Source of the DNA: Octopus sinensis
Taxonomy: Eukaryota
DNA: 11,758 nucleotides
Assembly: GCF_006345805.1 (NCBI RefSeq)
Contig: NW_021826821.1
Location: forward strand, 1-11,758
Reading direction: 5' to 3'
A program made the translations under genes and the position numbers. The notes under the pieces were generated by a model, which saw nothing but the letters and a program-made list of their open reading frames with translations, did no database searches and was not told the origin of the DNA. Shown here in pieces: positions 1 through 9,948 of the stretch; within the stretch, counting starts at the first letter, position 1, and every line of letters starts with the position of its first letter.

Positions 1-60
1 GAAGAAGAAGAAGAAGAAGAAGAAGAAGAAGAAGAAGAAGAAGAAGAAGAAGAAGAAGAA
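1..60. repeat. (GAA)n microsatellite, runs off window start
   Basis: Perfect GAA x20. Confidence 0.98.
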
Positions 61-303
61 GAGGAAAGCTAAACTATTTTTACGAAACAGTGTATTCTGT
101 GAAAAATTATGTCTAGCTCCAATAGAACACTTTATTGAAAGGTACCAAATAACCTAAGAACTTGCCGTACCCGTAGTATGTAAAAGAAATTCAACAGGAC
201 ACAAGAGACTATCAATAGAGATATTAACGAAAAGACACGAACATTAGCATAACCTAGAAATTACACTCGGCAGCTGTCTACCCGATGCATCAACGTGGTT
301 TTG

Positions 304-374
304 ACATACATACATATATACATGCATATATATACATATATATACATATAATATATATATATATAGTATATAAA

Positions 375-414
<40 letters not shown>

Positions 415-423
415 TATATATAT

Positions 424-461
<38 letters not shown>
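304..461. repeat. (TA)n/(TACA)n compound microsatellite
   Basis: Direct reading; source of the YIYI ORFs. Confidence 0.95.
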
Positions 462-462
<1 letters not shown>

Positions 463-626
463 CTGAAACAGACTCGAAGTCGAAATGTTGCGTTATTGAT
501 AAGGTCATGAATGGCAACGAAAGGACTTTGACAAACCTAAATAATGGTTGACTTACGAATGATTAATCAATGATTAAATAGTTAACCAATTCAAAAATAA
601 ATAATAAAGGAGTGAAATAGAACCAA

Positions 627-672
627 GTGTGTGTGTATACATACGTACACATATATACACCACACACACACA

Positions 673-703
<31 letters not shown>

Positions 704-808
704 GCATATATATATGTACGTAGTATACATTACGTATGTTTATATGTATGCATATGTATGCACACATACAGACACACACATACACACACACACACACCAC
801 ACACCACA

Positions 809-861
<53 letters not shown>
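627..861. repeat. (GT)/(CA)/(TA) compound microsatellite
   Basis: Direct reading. Confidence 0.95.
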
Positions 862-863
<2 letters not shown>

Positions 864-936
864 ACACTCAAACAGCACTACAACATTAGTTGTATATTAG
901 AAGAGATGTATTATACACTTGGTAAAGCTTGATTGT

Positions 937-1248
937 GAGGTGCGTGGTTTAGTGAGAAAAGCATTCGGCTCTGGATCATAAGGTTGTGAGTTCGATTCAC
1001 GGTGACGCGTTATCACCTTGAGCAAGACACTTTATTTTCACGTTGTTCAAGTGCACTCGGCTGGCAAAAATTTGTACCTGTAATTCAAAAGGGCCAGTCT
1101 TGTCAAACGCTGTGTCACGCTGAATCTCCCCGAGAACTACTTTAAGGATACAAGTATCTGTGGAGTCCTCAGCCACATGCACGTTAATTTCACAAGCAGG
1201 CTGTTTCGTTGATTGGAACACTCATCGTGGTAACTGACGGAGTGTCAG
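937..1248 (+). mobile_element. tRNA-derived SINE (family C here)
   Basis: A-box-like TGGTTTAGTGA 945-955 and B-box GAGTTCGATTC 988-998. Body CCTTGAGCAAGACACTT...TTTCACGTTG...CACTCGGCTG is shared with the copy at 6635. Confidence 0.8.
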
Positions 1249-1383
1249 TAAAAGCTATGATTAAGGCAACTTTTGTCTTTTGGTGGGATGAGGAAAAGGG
1301 GTTTGTCTTGGTTTTCTTTCCCTTTGTCAAAATCTAAATTAGAGTTGATTAATCTTTCAATTTTTAATTTCGAAACTTAAATA

Positions 1384-1815
<432 letters not shown>

Positions 1816-1831
1816 TTCCTTGAGAATATCT

Positions 1832-2215
1832 AGGCGGCGAGCTGGCAGAAACGTTAGCACGCCGGGCGAAATGGTTAGCGGTATTACGTCTGCCGTTACG
1901 TTCTGAGTTCAAATTCCGCCGAGGTCGACTTTGCCTTCCATCGTTTCGGTGTCGTTAAATAAGTACCAGTTACGCACTGGGGTCGATGTAATCGACTTAA
2001 TCCGTTTTTCTGTCCTTGTTTGTCCTCTCTTATGGGTAGTAAAGAAATAGGTATTTCGTCTGTCTTTACGTTCTTACTGCAAATTCCGCCGTGGTTGACT
2101 TTGCCTTTCATCCTTTCGGGGTCGATAAATTAAATACCAGTTGCGTACTGGGGTCGATCTAATCGGCTGGCTCCCTCCCCGAAAATTTCGGGCTTTTTGC
2201 CTAGAGTAAAAAAAA
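1832..2215 (+). mobile_element. tRNA-derived SINE (family A), internally duplicated copy
   Basis: Head GGCGGCGAGCTGGCAGAA and B-box GAGTTCAAATTCC 1905-1917. Body 1880-1997 is repeated at 2050-2168. Homologous to five other copies in the window. Confidence 0.9.
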
Positions 2216-2319
2216 TATATTACCATATTTAACATGCGCGTTTCACAAATAAGACTCTCTAAGCAACACCAGCCGAAGACGTTCGACTGTGTAGCTTACC
2301 AAAATACAGGTCAATAAAA

Positions 2320-2395
2320 CAGAGAGAGAGAGAGAGAAAAAGTGAGGGAGAGTGAGGGAGAGAGTTAGAAGTACAGAGGGAGAGAAGGAGGAGGG
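2320..2395. repeat. (GA)n-rich polypurine tract
   Basis: Direct reading. Confidence 0.85.
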
Positions 2396-2603
2396 TTCAA
2401 TAAGTGTGGGAAAACGTCGAAATTTACCCGAGAGTAATACGTCATCCAATATCTTTTATTTTACTTCTTTTTTTTGTTTGTTTGTTTGTTTTTATCGGTG
2501 ACGAGAAACTGTACAAAATATAATCTCCGTTTCGAATTGAGAAATTGATTGACATAACCTTTTACAACCACGGAGCTACGATGCTTCTGGCTCGACTTCC
2601 TGT

Positions 2604-2624
2604 GTATGTATACACAAACGCACA

Positions 2625-2658
<34 letters not shown>

Positions 2659-2659
2659 A

Positions 2660-2705
<46 letters not shown>

Positions 2706-2901
2706 CTTACACATACACACACATGTGCGTGTGTGTATGTAGAAAGATACATAGATATATACATATATATATATATATATACGTATATATTTTTATATAT
2801 ACATATATTTATATGTATATATATATATATATAAAGTTAATCCAAACATGAAAACATATATATATATATGTACGTACGTATATATACATATACATACATA
2901 C

Positions 2902-2945
<44 letters not shown>

Positions 2946-2956
2946 GTATGTATATG

Positions 2957-3022
<66 letters not shown>

Positions 3023-3207
3023 GTATGTATGCATATGTATATATACGTACGTACATATATATTTGTAAAAAGTGTGAGAAAGAGCGGGACACCTACATAT
3101 ATATATATATATGTATGTATGTATGTATGTATATATATGTATATTTATATATATATGTATGTATATATATATATATATGTATGTATATGTATATATATGT
3201 ATATATG

Positions 3208-3239
<32 letters not shown>

Positions 3240-3395
3240 TGTATGTATATGTATGTATATACGTATGTATATATGAAAATATATATATGTATATATGTAT
3301 GTATATATATATATAAGCATGTATGTATGTATCTGAACATGTATATATTTATGTACGTATATTATATCAACACACACACACACACACACACATAC
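2604..3395. repeat. Large compound microsatellite (CA)n/(TA)n/(TATG)n
   Basis: Direct reading; contains an inverted duplication at 2862-3062. Confidence 0.95.
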
Positions 3396-3796
3396 TTATT
3401 TGTCATATATATATTGATGAACATACTACAAATTTTTATTCTTCATTTCCTTGTTCGTAATAAACTTGGAAACTAAAAGCGACGCCTTTCTACATCAATA
3501 AATCACAAAGAATAGCGATCGGTTGAGGAATTTCATGTTGCGATCAGTTTCGCTCTACTTCACATTGCGAGGAACTCTTTTGCTTCACTTTATTTCTGTA
3601 ACCGGAAGCTGGATGAATGTTGACGATATTTCAGTGAAAAATCCTATAAAATAACATAAATCAACAAGTTGTAATATAAAATGTTTCTATTGGCAGTTTT
3701 TAATTTCTAAATGGTTCTAATGAACGCTTTCAGTAGTTTTACGGCAATCATGGGCGTTTTCCTCTCGTTTAGCTATCATTTTATTTTTGTTTATAG

Positions 3797-3853
3797 CTGT
3801 TGAACGTGAATGATGCTGTGTTCTTAGGAGGGTTATTAAATGGTACGGTGAGG
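3797..3853 (+). CDS. Candidate 57-nt phase-0 internal exon (LLNVNDAVFLGGLLNGTVR)
   Basis: Acceptor TTTTATTTTTGTTTATAG|, donor AGG|GTAAGA, length divisible by 3, only frame 0 open. No transcript evidence. Confidence 0.27.
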
Positions 3854-4058
3854 GTAAGAAGAAGAGGGGAATTTTTCATTTCTTTCTAGTAAAGTAACAA
3901 CATATTAAATATTCTGTCGGTTAATATTCTGATGTGTGAATCATCTCATTGCAGCCATACAATCGCTTTGCAACTGCATTTTCGTTTTATAACTGTTATA
4001 TGAAATTTAAACGTACGACACATTAAATCAGTGTTTAATATATTGAATATCAAAACAA

Positions 4059-4540
4059 TTGAGAGCTAGAATTTCAGGGGCTTGCACCGTGATGCGCCGG
4101 TTCCAGCTTCCGATCCTCAGTAAAGGAGAGATTGTTAAAAAATTCAAACTTATCTTCCATTCGTTTTTCGAGATTATTCTCACCTCTGTTGGGTAATGAC
4201 CGAAAGAGAACGATCGCGAATACAAGCAGTCGAATGAGTCACCACCGAAGAATCTCTGAAGTAACGTAACTCGATAGGGTGTGTCGCTCGGAGTCTCTCC
4301 TGGTCAAGTAAATACTTTTCGGAGTTGAGAGATCGCAGCTCCGGCACTACAGACATTCTTCGAGATGAGCCAACCGGAAGCAGGCCTTGAAGTAGACCAA
4401 GGACGAGATGGCTAGATAATATCCTGGGAATCCAACTGGAAAGTATAATGATGATTTATTCTGATCGGACTTTATAGAGCGGAGTGCTGAAGCCTCTCCC
4501 ACCACGACCTTCCCAGGGAAAAAAGGTGGTGGGGTGAGTA
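4059..4540 (+). mobile_element. Decayed RTE-clade LINE, 3' ORF fragment (Rex3/Expander-like)
   Basis: Across stops and frameshifts it reads LRARISGACTVMR...ERERSRIQAVE(M)...RRISEVT*LDRVCRSE...ERSQLRHYRH...PTGSRP*SRPRTRWLDNI...LKPLPPRPS. This matches the RTE C-terminal pattern RIQAxEMxxLRR...ERSQxRWxGH...GRPRTRW...LPPRP. Confidence 0.85.
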
Positions 4541-4670
4541 GCAAACGATTACTGTTGTGGATTCAAATTTCATTTGATATTCATCAAAACTTTTTTTAAT
4601 TTTATTAAAACCTATATCTACCATATCAACTAGAATACAGTAAACACAGTATGACCTGTCCTAAAAGTTA

Positions 4671-4755
4671 AAAAGTTAACTTCGTAACCACGAGATTTCG
4701 GTTTCGATTCCACTCTGCGGCATCTTGGACAAATGTCTTTTACTATGGCTGCCAG
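4671..4755 (+). mobile_element. Degenerate family-B SINE fragment
   Basis: GGTTTCGATTCCACTCTGCGGCATCTTGGACAAATGTCTTTTACTATGGC aligns to 1437-1488. Confidence 0.7.
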
Positions 4756-4847
4756 CCATATAGAGATTCGACCTAAATATCAATCTCATCGATCTCGCCA
4801 TACTGCGAGGGACTAGAAAACCCGAAATCCTCGTTTGTTGATGTTAA

Positions 4848-5746
4848 AGCGAAGGGGAAGCGCAAAACTCGTTCATCTAATGCCAGGATTCAGTTTCAGT
4901 ATGAAAAACACTATGTCCAAAGTAATGGTGCCTATACTTCTCTCTAGCCAGAGTCATGGAATATTAGGCAAATGCTGCCAGAGGCAAAAACATGTCCAGG
5001 ACGCGAATTTTTTTTCCCCACGAGAGTTCCGGACCCCAGTAATGAACTCATTTACATACAGCCAATCAGTGCTCACCTTGCAAATCCACATACTGTATAC
5101 TACAACAGTACAGCCAGTCAGGCATAGAATGGTATATGCCACTCTGTGAATACAACATAGCAGGTCTCACATAAACACCACATCCCCCCGCCATCCTCAT
5201 AGATCAATTGAGCACCATCTCTATATGGAGCTAACATTAGGTACCTGTACTCAGACTGAGATTAGTGATACTGCATGTACCCTTTGATATGCAATACGAC
5301 ACAACGCCATATTGATTACGATGTTTCCAGATCAACACCAACATTCTAAATTAGAAAGGTACAAAAACGGTCATAAAATTAGGAAACTATACTCATTTAC
5401 ATTTTCTAGTAAATTACGCAAATTGGCAACACTTATGACATCATCGATGAGCAGCTCTCCATTCACTTTATACGCTAAATTTCAGATTTTTCATCCTTAT
5501 TAACCCGTTTAGAACAGGTTGGATTTTGTGATAACGCACATTTTCATTGAACTCAACCAGAGGATTTTCATGACTAGGTGGACACTAGTTTGATAGTTGA
5601 GCTCTGATTGGCTGTATGCAAATGAGTACATAACACGGGGTCCGGGAATCTCGTGGGTAAAAATTTCGCGTCCAGGACACTATATTCCAAAGAGTGCATC
5701 TAGTTTACGTCGACTGTTCGCTTTGTGGCCCCTCACGAAAACTTCT
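4848..5746. mobile_element. Putative non-autonomous DNA transposon (MITE-like, possibly Kolobok-type)
   Basis: Inverted repeats at 4993-5075 and 5598-5679, about 85% identical by eye. Weaker outer similarity extends to TTAA|AG (4844-4849) and CT|TTAA (5745-5750). Boundaries and superfamily are uncertain. Confidence 0.5.
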
Positions 5747-5825
5747 TTAATTGTAACGAATACATGAAAATAAAAATAATATTAAGAGAAGCTCGTTAAA
5801 AATACTTACAAAATCTTAAGTCTTA

Positions 5826-5915
5826 TTTGTTGATGTTTGGCTGTTGAGCTGTTAGTCAACCTTAACAGAGCATATCTGTGATCAAAGGCGTTCCAGACAT
5901 GACTGTCACGTACTT
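5826..5915 (-). mobile_element. 3' fragment of short (AAC)-tailed repeat (family E)
   Basis: Reverse complement GTCATGTCTGGAACGCCTTTGATCACAGATATGCTC aligns to 7670-7707 and 7238-7260; ends in AAACATCAACAA. Confidence 0.65.
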
Positions 5916-5996
5916 TTATATATCAAGAGATTTATTGTCTAATGTTTTCTTTAACTTTGTTTGATTTCAGACATTAAGGGTTATTTAAAAGAAATT

Positions 5997-6190
5997 TGGT
6001 TGGTTGAGCGGTCGGTCGGGCGGGCGGGCGGTCGGTCGGGCGGGCGGGCGGTTGGTTGGTTGGTCGTCGGTCGGCTGGTTGGTTGGTCGGTTGGCTGGTT
6101 GGCTGGTTGGCTGGTCGGTCGGTCGGTCGGTCGGTCGGTCGGTCGGTCAGTTGGTTGGTTGGTTGGTTGGTTGGTTGGTTGGTTGGTTGG
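5997..6190. repeat. (GGTT)/(GGTC)/(GGGC)/(GGCT) tetranucleotide array
   Basis: Direct reading. Confidence 0.95.
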
Positions 6191-6409
6191 TGACGTCATA
6201 TTACAAAAATGTAGATGTGGCCAATTGAATAAGTGATTGAAATCAGTAACGATCTTTGAATGTTCGTTTCTAATTAATACAAATACTAATTATAAATTTT
6301 TCGTAAAAATATCTAAATGAGTCATGAATGATGAAGAAAATTTAATTATCCTCTCCGTCACTTCTTGACAACAACCAAAATTCATTTCTTCAGTTCAGAT
6401 GAACAGCGA

Positions 6410-6472
6410 TTTCTTTGGCACAAGGCCATTAATTTCAAATACAAGAAAAGCTTGATTAAACTGACCCCAATG
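6410..6472 (-). mobile_element. Highly decayed family-A SINE 3' fragment
   Basis: GGCACAAGGCC...GATTAAACTGACCCCA resembles 10267-10320. Confidence 0.4.
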
Positions 6473-6500
6473 TTTTAATATGGGCCCTGGAAGAATGTGG

Positions 6501-6649
6501 AGGCGCATGGCACAGGTGCGCGTGGCACAAGGGCGTGTGGCCCAGAAGCGCATGGACCAGGGGCGCATAACCCAGGGACGCTTAGCCCAGGGGCGCATGG
6601 CCCAGGGCGCATGACCCAGGGACGCATGGCCCAGGGGCGCATAGCCTAG
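6501..6649 (+). repeat. 15-bp minisatellite, 10 units, consensus GGGCGCATGGCCCAG
   Basis: Units start at 6501, 6516, 6531, 6546, 6561, 6576, 6591, 6606 (14 nt), 6620 and 6635. Confidence 0.95.
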
Positions 6650-6860
6650 CAGTTACGGTATTGCTCTTACAATCATAAGATCGTGATTTCGATACCCGGA
6701 CAGGACGGTGCGCTGTCTTCCGGAGCAAAATCACGTCATTTCATGTTGCACCAGTACACTTAGCTGTGAGTAAACTTGTGAGGAACTAGCGTCACGTTCA
6801 AGGGGTCTGTTGAGATCCCGGTCACTTATAAGCCATGGAACCGAGTAAGCAGCCCTATGA
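6635..6860 (+). mobile_element. tRNA-derived SINE (family C-related, diverging 3' part)
   Basis: A-box-like TAGCCTAGCAG and B-box-like GATTTCGATACC at 6685. Body 6723-6767 aligns with 1021-1062. Confidence 0.7.
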
Positions 6861-7099
6861 AAGGTGGTACTCGAGACAATAATGTCTATGTCCCCAAAAG
6901 GAAAAAGAAAAGTAAAGAGAACTTTGATGAGATTGAAATTCCAAGCTTTAAGTTGAAAGAATACAATATGCCAAACTTGTTTCATCCGTTTCGAGTTCGA
7001 GATTAGATCGAGGCCGTCAACATCCCCGAGAGTCTTCTGCCGTTCGCTTCACCGGATGGAATTGCGTGTCGCTCTCTCGCTGACACCACAACAAACGAT

Positions 7100-7308
7100 A
7101 CAAGCAATAGCCTCTACATAGTCACTCGACCTGCGAAAAATAGTAGCCAAGCCTTATATAACTCACACCCTACCATCTTAGTAATAGAAACAATAAAGTC
7201 CTTCTTGGATGCCTCTAAAATGTCGATTTGACTGCCACTGGATTGCCTTTGATCAGAGGAGTACTCTAACAGGACTTACCTAAGGCTAAACACCATCAAC
7301 AACAAATA
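7100..7308 (+). mobile_element. Short (AAC)-tailed interspersed repeat (family E), copy 1
   Basis: Collinear with 7320-7742: AGCCTC..GTCACT..AATAG[C/T]AGCCAA..ACTCACA..AGTCCTTCTTGGA..TTTGATCA..CAACAACAA. Confidence 0.7.
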
Positions 7309-7319
7309 CAAATAGGAAA

Positions 7320-7742
7320 CAATAAGAGAGCCTCCGCGTGGTCACTAAACCTTAAAAAAATAGCAGCCAAATTTGTGACTCACAGTCAACTGTCTTAAAA
7401 ATTACTTCAAATTTCTGCACAAGGCCAGCAATTTTTAGAGAAGGTAGGGTATGTCGATTACATTGACCCCTACAGTTCAGTGATACTTATTTTATCGACT
7501 TCAAAAGAATGAAAAGCAAAGTCGACTCTGGCGGAATTTGAGCTCAAAACATAAAGACGGATTTCCCCGGCATGCTAACAATTCCGCCAGCACGATATCT
7601 TAAAACTGTCTTAACGATTGGAAGCAGTGCAGTCCTTCTTGGAGGTGCCTAAAGAAAAAAAGTCAGTTTGGTCACATTTGGAATACATTTGATCATAGGT
7701 CTGCTCAAACATGATAAATAACAACAACAACAACAACAAACA
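7320..7742 (+). mobile_element. Family E copy 2, interrupted by a family-A SINE
   Basis: Halves 7320-7398 and 7604-7742 join into a collinear match to copy 1. Confidence 0.7.
7399..7603 (-). mobile_element. Family-A SINE with 11-bp target-site duplication
   Basis: AAAGTCGACTCTGGCGGAATTTGAGCTC core; AACTGTCTTAA at both 7388-7398 and 7604-7614. Confidence 0.85.
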
Positions 7743-7884
7743 GTATGAAACAATGTGAGAGCTTCACGTAGTCATTAGACCTCCAAGACGTGACAGCTAA
7801 ATCTTTTTCAAATCATATCCAGCGGTTTTTAAAATATAGACACATCGGAAAAAGTTATTACTCTGCATTGTCTGAATAATAATA

Positions 7885-7950
7885 ATTCTTTCTTGCCTTC
7901 ATTTTTTTTCTTTTCTTGTTTTTTTCTTTTTTTTTTATTTTTTTTTTTCA
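7885..7950. repeat. T-rich low-complexity tract
   Basis: Direct reading. Confidence 0.85.
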
Positions 7951-8505
7951 ATTTATAAAGTCGATGCTTAAAATTTTTATTTAAAATCAAAGCTATAGTT
8001 AAAGAAATTTTAAATATCATAAGCTCCAGACACCGATGTAAAACTAATGTCTTCATTAGGATTCCTTTACAATATTCTGCTAATCGTTTAACGTAATGGA
8101 ATCTAAAATTCTTGTCATAGACCATCAATGAAATTTTATATAACAACAACCGGAATAAGCACCACAATATTCTTATATTCAAAACAATCCTTCGTTCCTC
8201 CGTTCAGACGTACTCAATCGAGAAGAACATTCAACTAATGAATTCATTCTTTTTCTCTTATTTTTCCGGTTTTTTTTGTTTTCGGTTAAATTTTTTCTTG
8301 TTTATTTTTTCTTTATTTTTACTCCAAAATTTTCTTCTTTAATGTTACCGACCGGGAGGAAGTATGTATCAAGAAATTGGTTTTTAAAAGCCGTCTGCTA
8401 AAACATTAGATAATTACCTTCTTCCGTTTGTATGTGAACGAGTATTATCTGGGCGGCAATATGGCCGGTTAGTTGACGCTGTTCTCTTTTCAGATAGCTT
8501 TTAAT

Positions 8506-8770
8506 GTACGTGTGTGTGTGTGTGTGGTGTGTGTGTGTGTGTGTGTGCGTGCATGTATATATACACAATAAACATATATATATACACATACATATGCATA
8601 TGTATATAATTACGCACATATATATATATATACGTATATATGCATATATGTATATGTATATATATGTATATATATGCATATATACATGTATATATATATA
8701 TATGTAAGTATGTATATGTATATATATATGTATTTAATGTATATATGTATGTATGTATATGTATAATTAA

Positions 8771-8811
<41 letters not shown>

Positions 8812-8990
8812 TATATATATATAAGTATACATATATACATATATGTATGTAAGTAATTTTATATATACACACACACATATATATATATATGTACATGTTA
8901 TACGTACACTTACATAAATACATGTTGTGTATGTGTATGTGAGTGTTTGTATCTATACGTATATGTATATATATATACATACATACTTAT
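8506..8990. repeat. (GT)/(TA)/(TATG) compound microsatellite
   Basis: Direct reading. Confidence 0.92.
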
Positions 8991-9057
8991 AATAACAGAT
9001 TTTTTATAGCAAATAGATAACTGCTAGAATATTTTATATACGAGGATTTAAACAAGA

Positions 9058-9288
9058 GTGTGTGTGTGTGTGTGTGTGTGTAAATGCATGTGTGTATATA
9101 CGTGTGTGTATACATACGTGTGTGTATACATACGTGTGTGTATACATACGTGTGTGTATACGTTGTTATGTGGATGCAGAAATGTATGCGATGGGAGTGT
9201 ATGTATGTTTATTTATACATGTATGGATGTATTTCTGTATTTGTATGTGTGTGCGCGCGGGTATGTCTGTGTGCAAGTGTGTGTGTGT

Positions 9289-9348
<60 letters not shown>

Positions 9349-9355
9349 ACGTGTG
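9058..9355. repeat. (GT)n-rich compound microsatellite including a 16-bp tandem unit at 9101-9160
   Basis: CGTGTGTGTATACATA x3.75; (GT)n 9277-9342. Confidence 0.92.
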
Positions 9356-9560
9356 TTTGAAATGTAGTAAATGCACACTCCCATGTTAAAGAAAAAAATA
9401 AGAAAAATAATCATCAACATTGTTAAAAATCTATTAATTCGCTTCAGAAGTCAAGATTTGCAATGATAATGTTTTTAGCATTTTATTCCTATTCAAGCAC
9501 AAAGTCAGAGATGTTCAACGTTGCAGCTGTTACCACGACGACGACAACTACAATAGCAGC

Positions 9561-9719
9561 AAGAAGAAGAGGAGGAGGGGGAGGGGGAGGAGGAGGAGGA
9601 GGAGGCAGAAGAAGGATGAAGAGGAGGAGGAGGAAGAGAAGAAGAAGAAGAAGAAGAGAAGAAGAGGAGGAGGAGGAGGAGGAGGAGAAGAAGAAGAAGA
9701 AGAAGAAGAAGAAGAAGGA
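9561..9719. repeat. (GAA)/(GAG) polypurine tract, tail position of the adjacent minus-strand SINE
   Basis: Almost purely A/G. Confidence 0.95.
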
Positions 9720-9933
9720 TCCTTTCTATTATAGTCACAAGGCCAGAATTTGGTGGGAGGGGGGCAGGTCGATTACATTGACCCCTGCACTTGACTGGTA
9801 CTTTATTTTATCGACCCTGAAAGGATGAAAGGCAAAATCGACCTCACTGGGATTTGAGCTCAAAACGTAAAGAGCCAGAAGAAACACCTCTGAATATTTT
9901 GTTCGACGCCCCTGACGATTCTACCTAGACGCC
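9720..9933 (-). mobile_element. Family-A SINE
   Basis: CACAAGGCC...GTCGATTACATTGACCCC...GAAAGGATGAAAGGCAAAATCGACCTC; decayed head. Confidence 0.88.
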
Positions 9934-9948
9934 AAATAATAATGATGA

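Noticed and set aside
463-510. Hammerhead-like CTGA..GAC-TCGAA-GTC-GAAA (Penelope-type)
   Set aside because: CUGANGA core is broken (CTGAAACA) and stems I and III cannot be formed
6191-6324. CRE (6191), CCAAT (6221) and AP-1 (6318) cluster as a promoter
   Set aside because: Short motifs expected by chance; no TSS evidence
6501-6649. CRISPR-like array
   Set aside because: Contiguous units with no spacers, eukaryotic context, no cas genes
6857-7231. 125-codon frame with one TAG (7004) and a PKRKKK NLS-like motif; possible readthrough or pseudogene
   Set aside because: The 3' third runs through family-E repeat and the start lies at a SINE end; no recognisable domain
7829-8182. 117-aa minus-strand ORF
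   Set aside because: AT-rich, ends in a poly-K tract from a T-run, no recognisable motif
8340-8511. CpG-rich islet with YY1-like CAATATGGC and possible 12-nt microexon (8494-8505)
   Set aside because: Weak donor (AAT|GTACGT) at a microsatellite edge; too little signal without expression data
9463-9828. 121-aa ORF with poly-T/G/R/E/K
   Set aside because: Trinucleotide repeats plus antisense SINE
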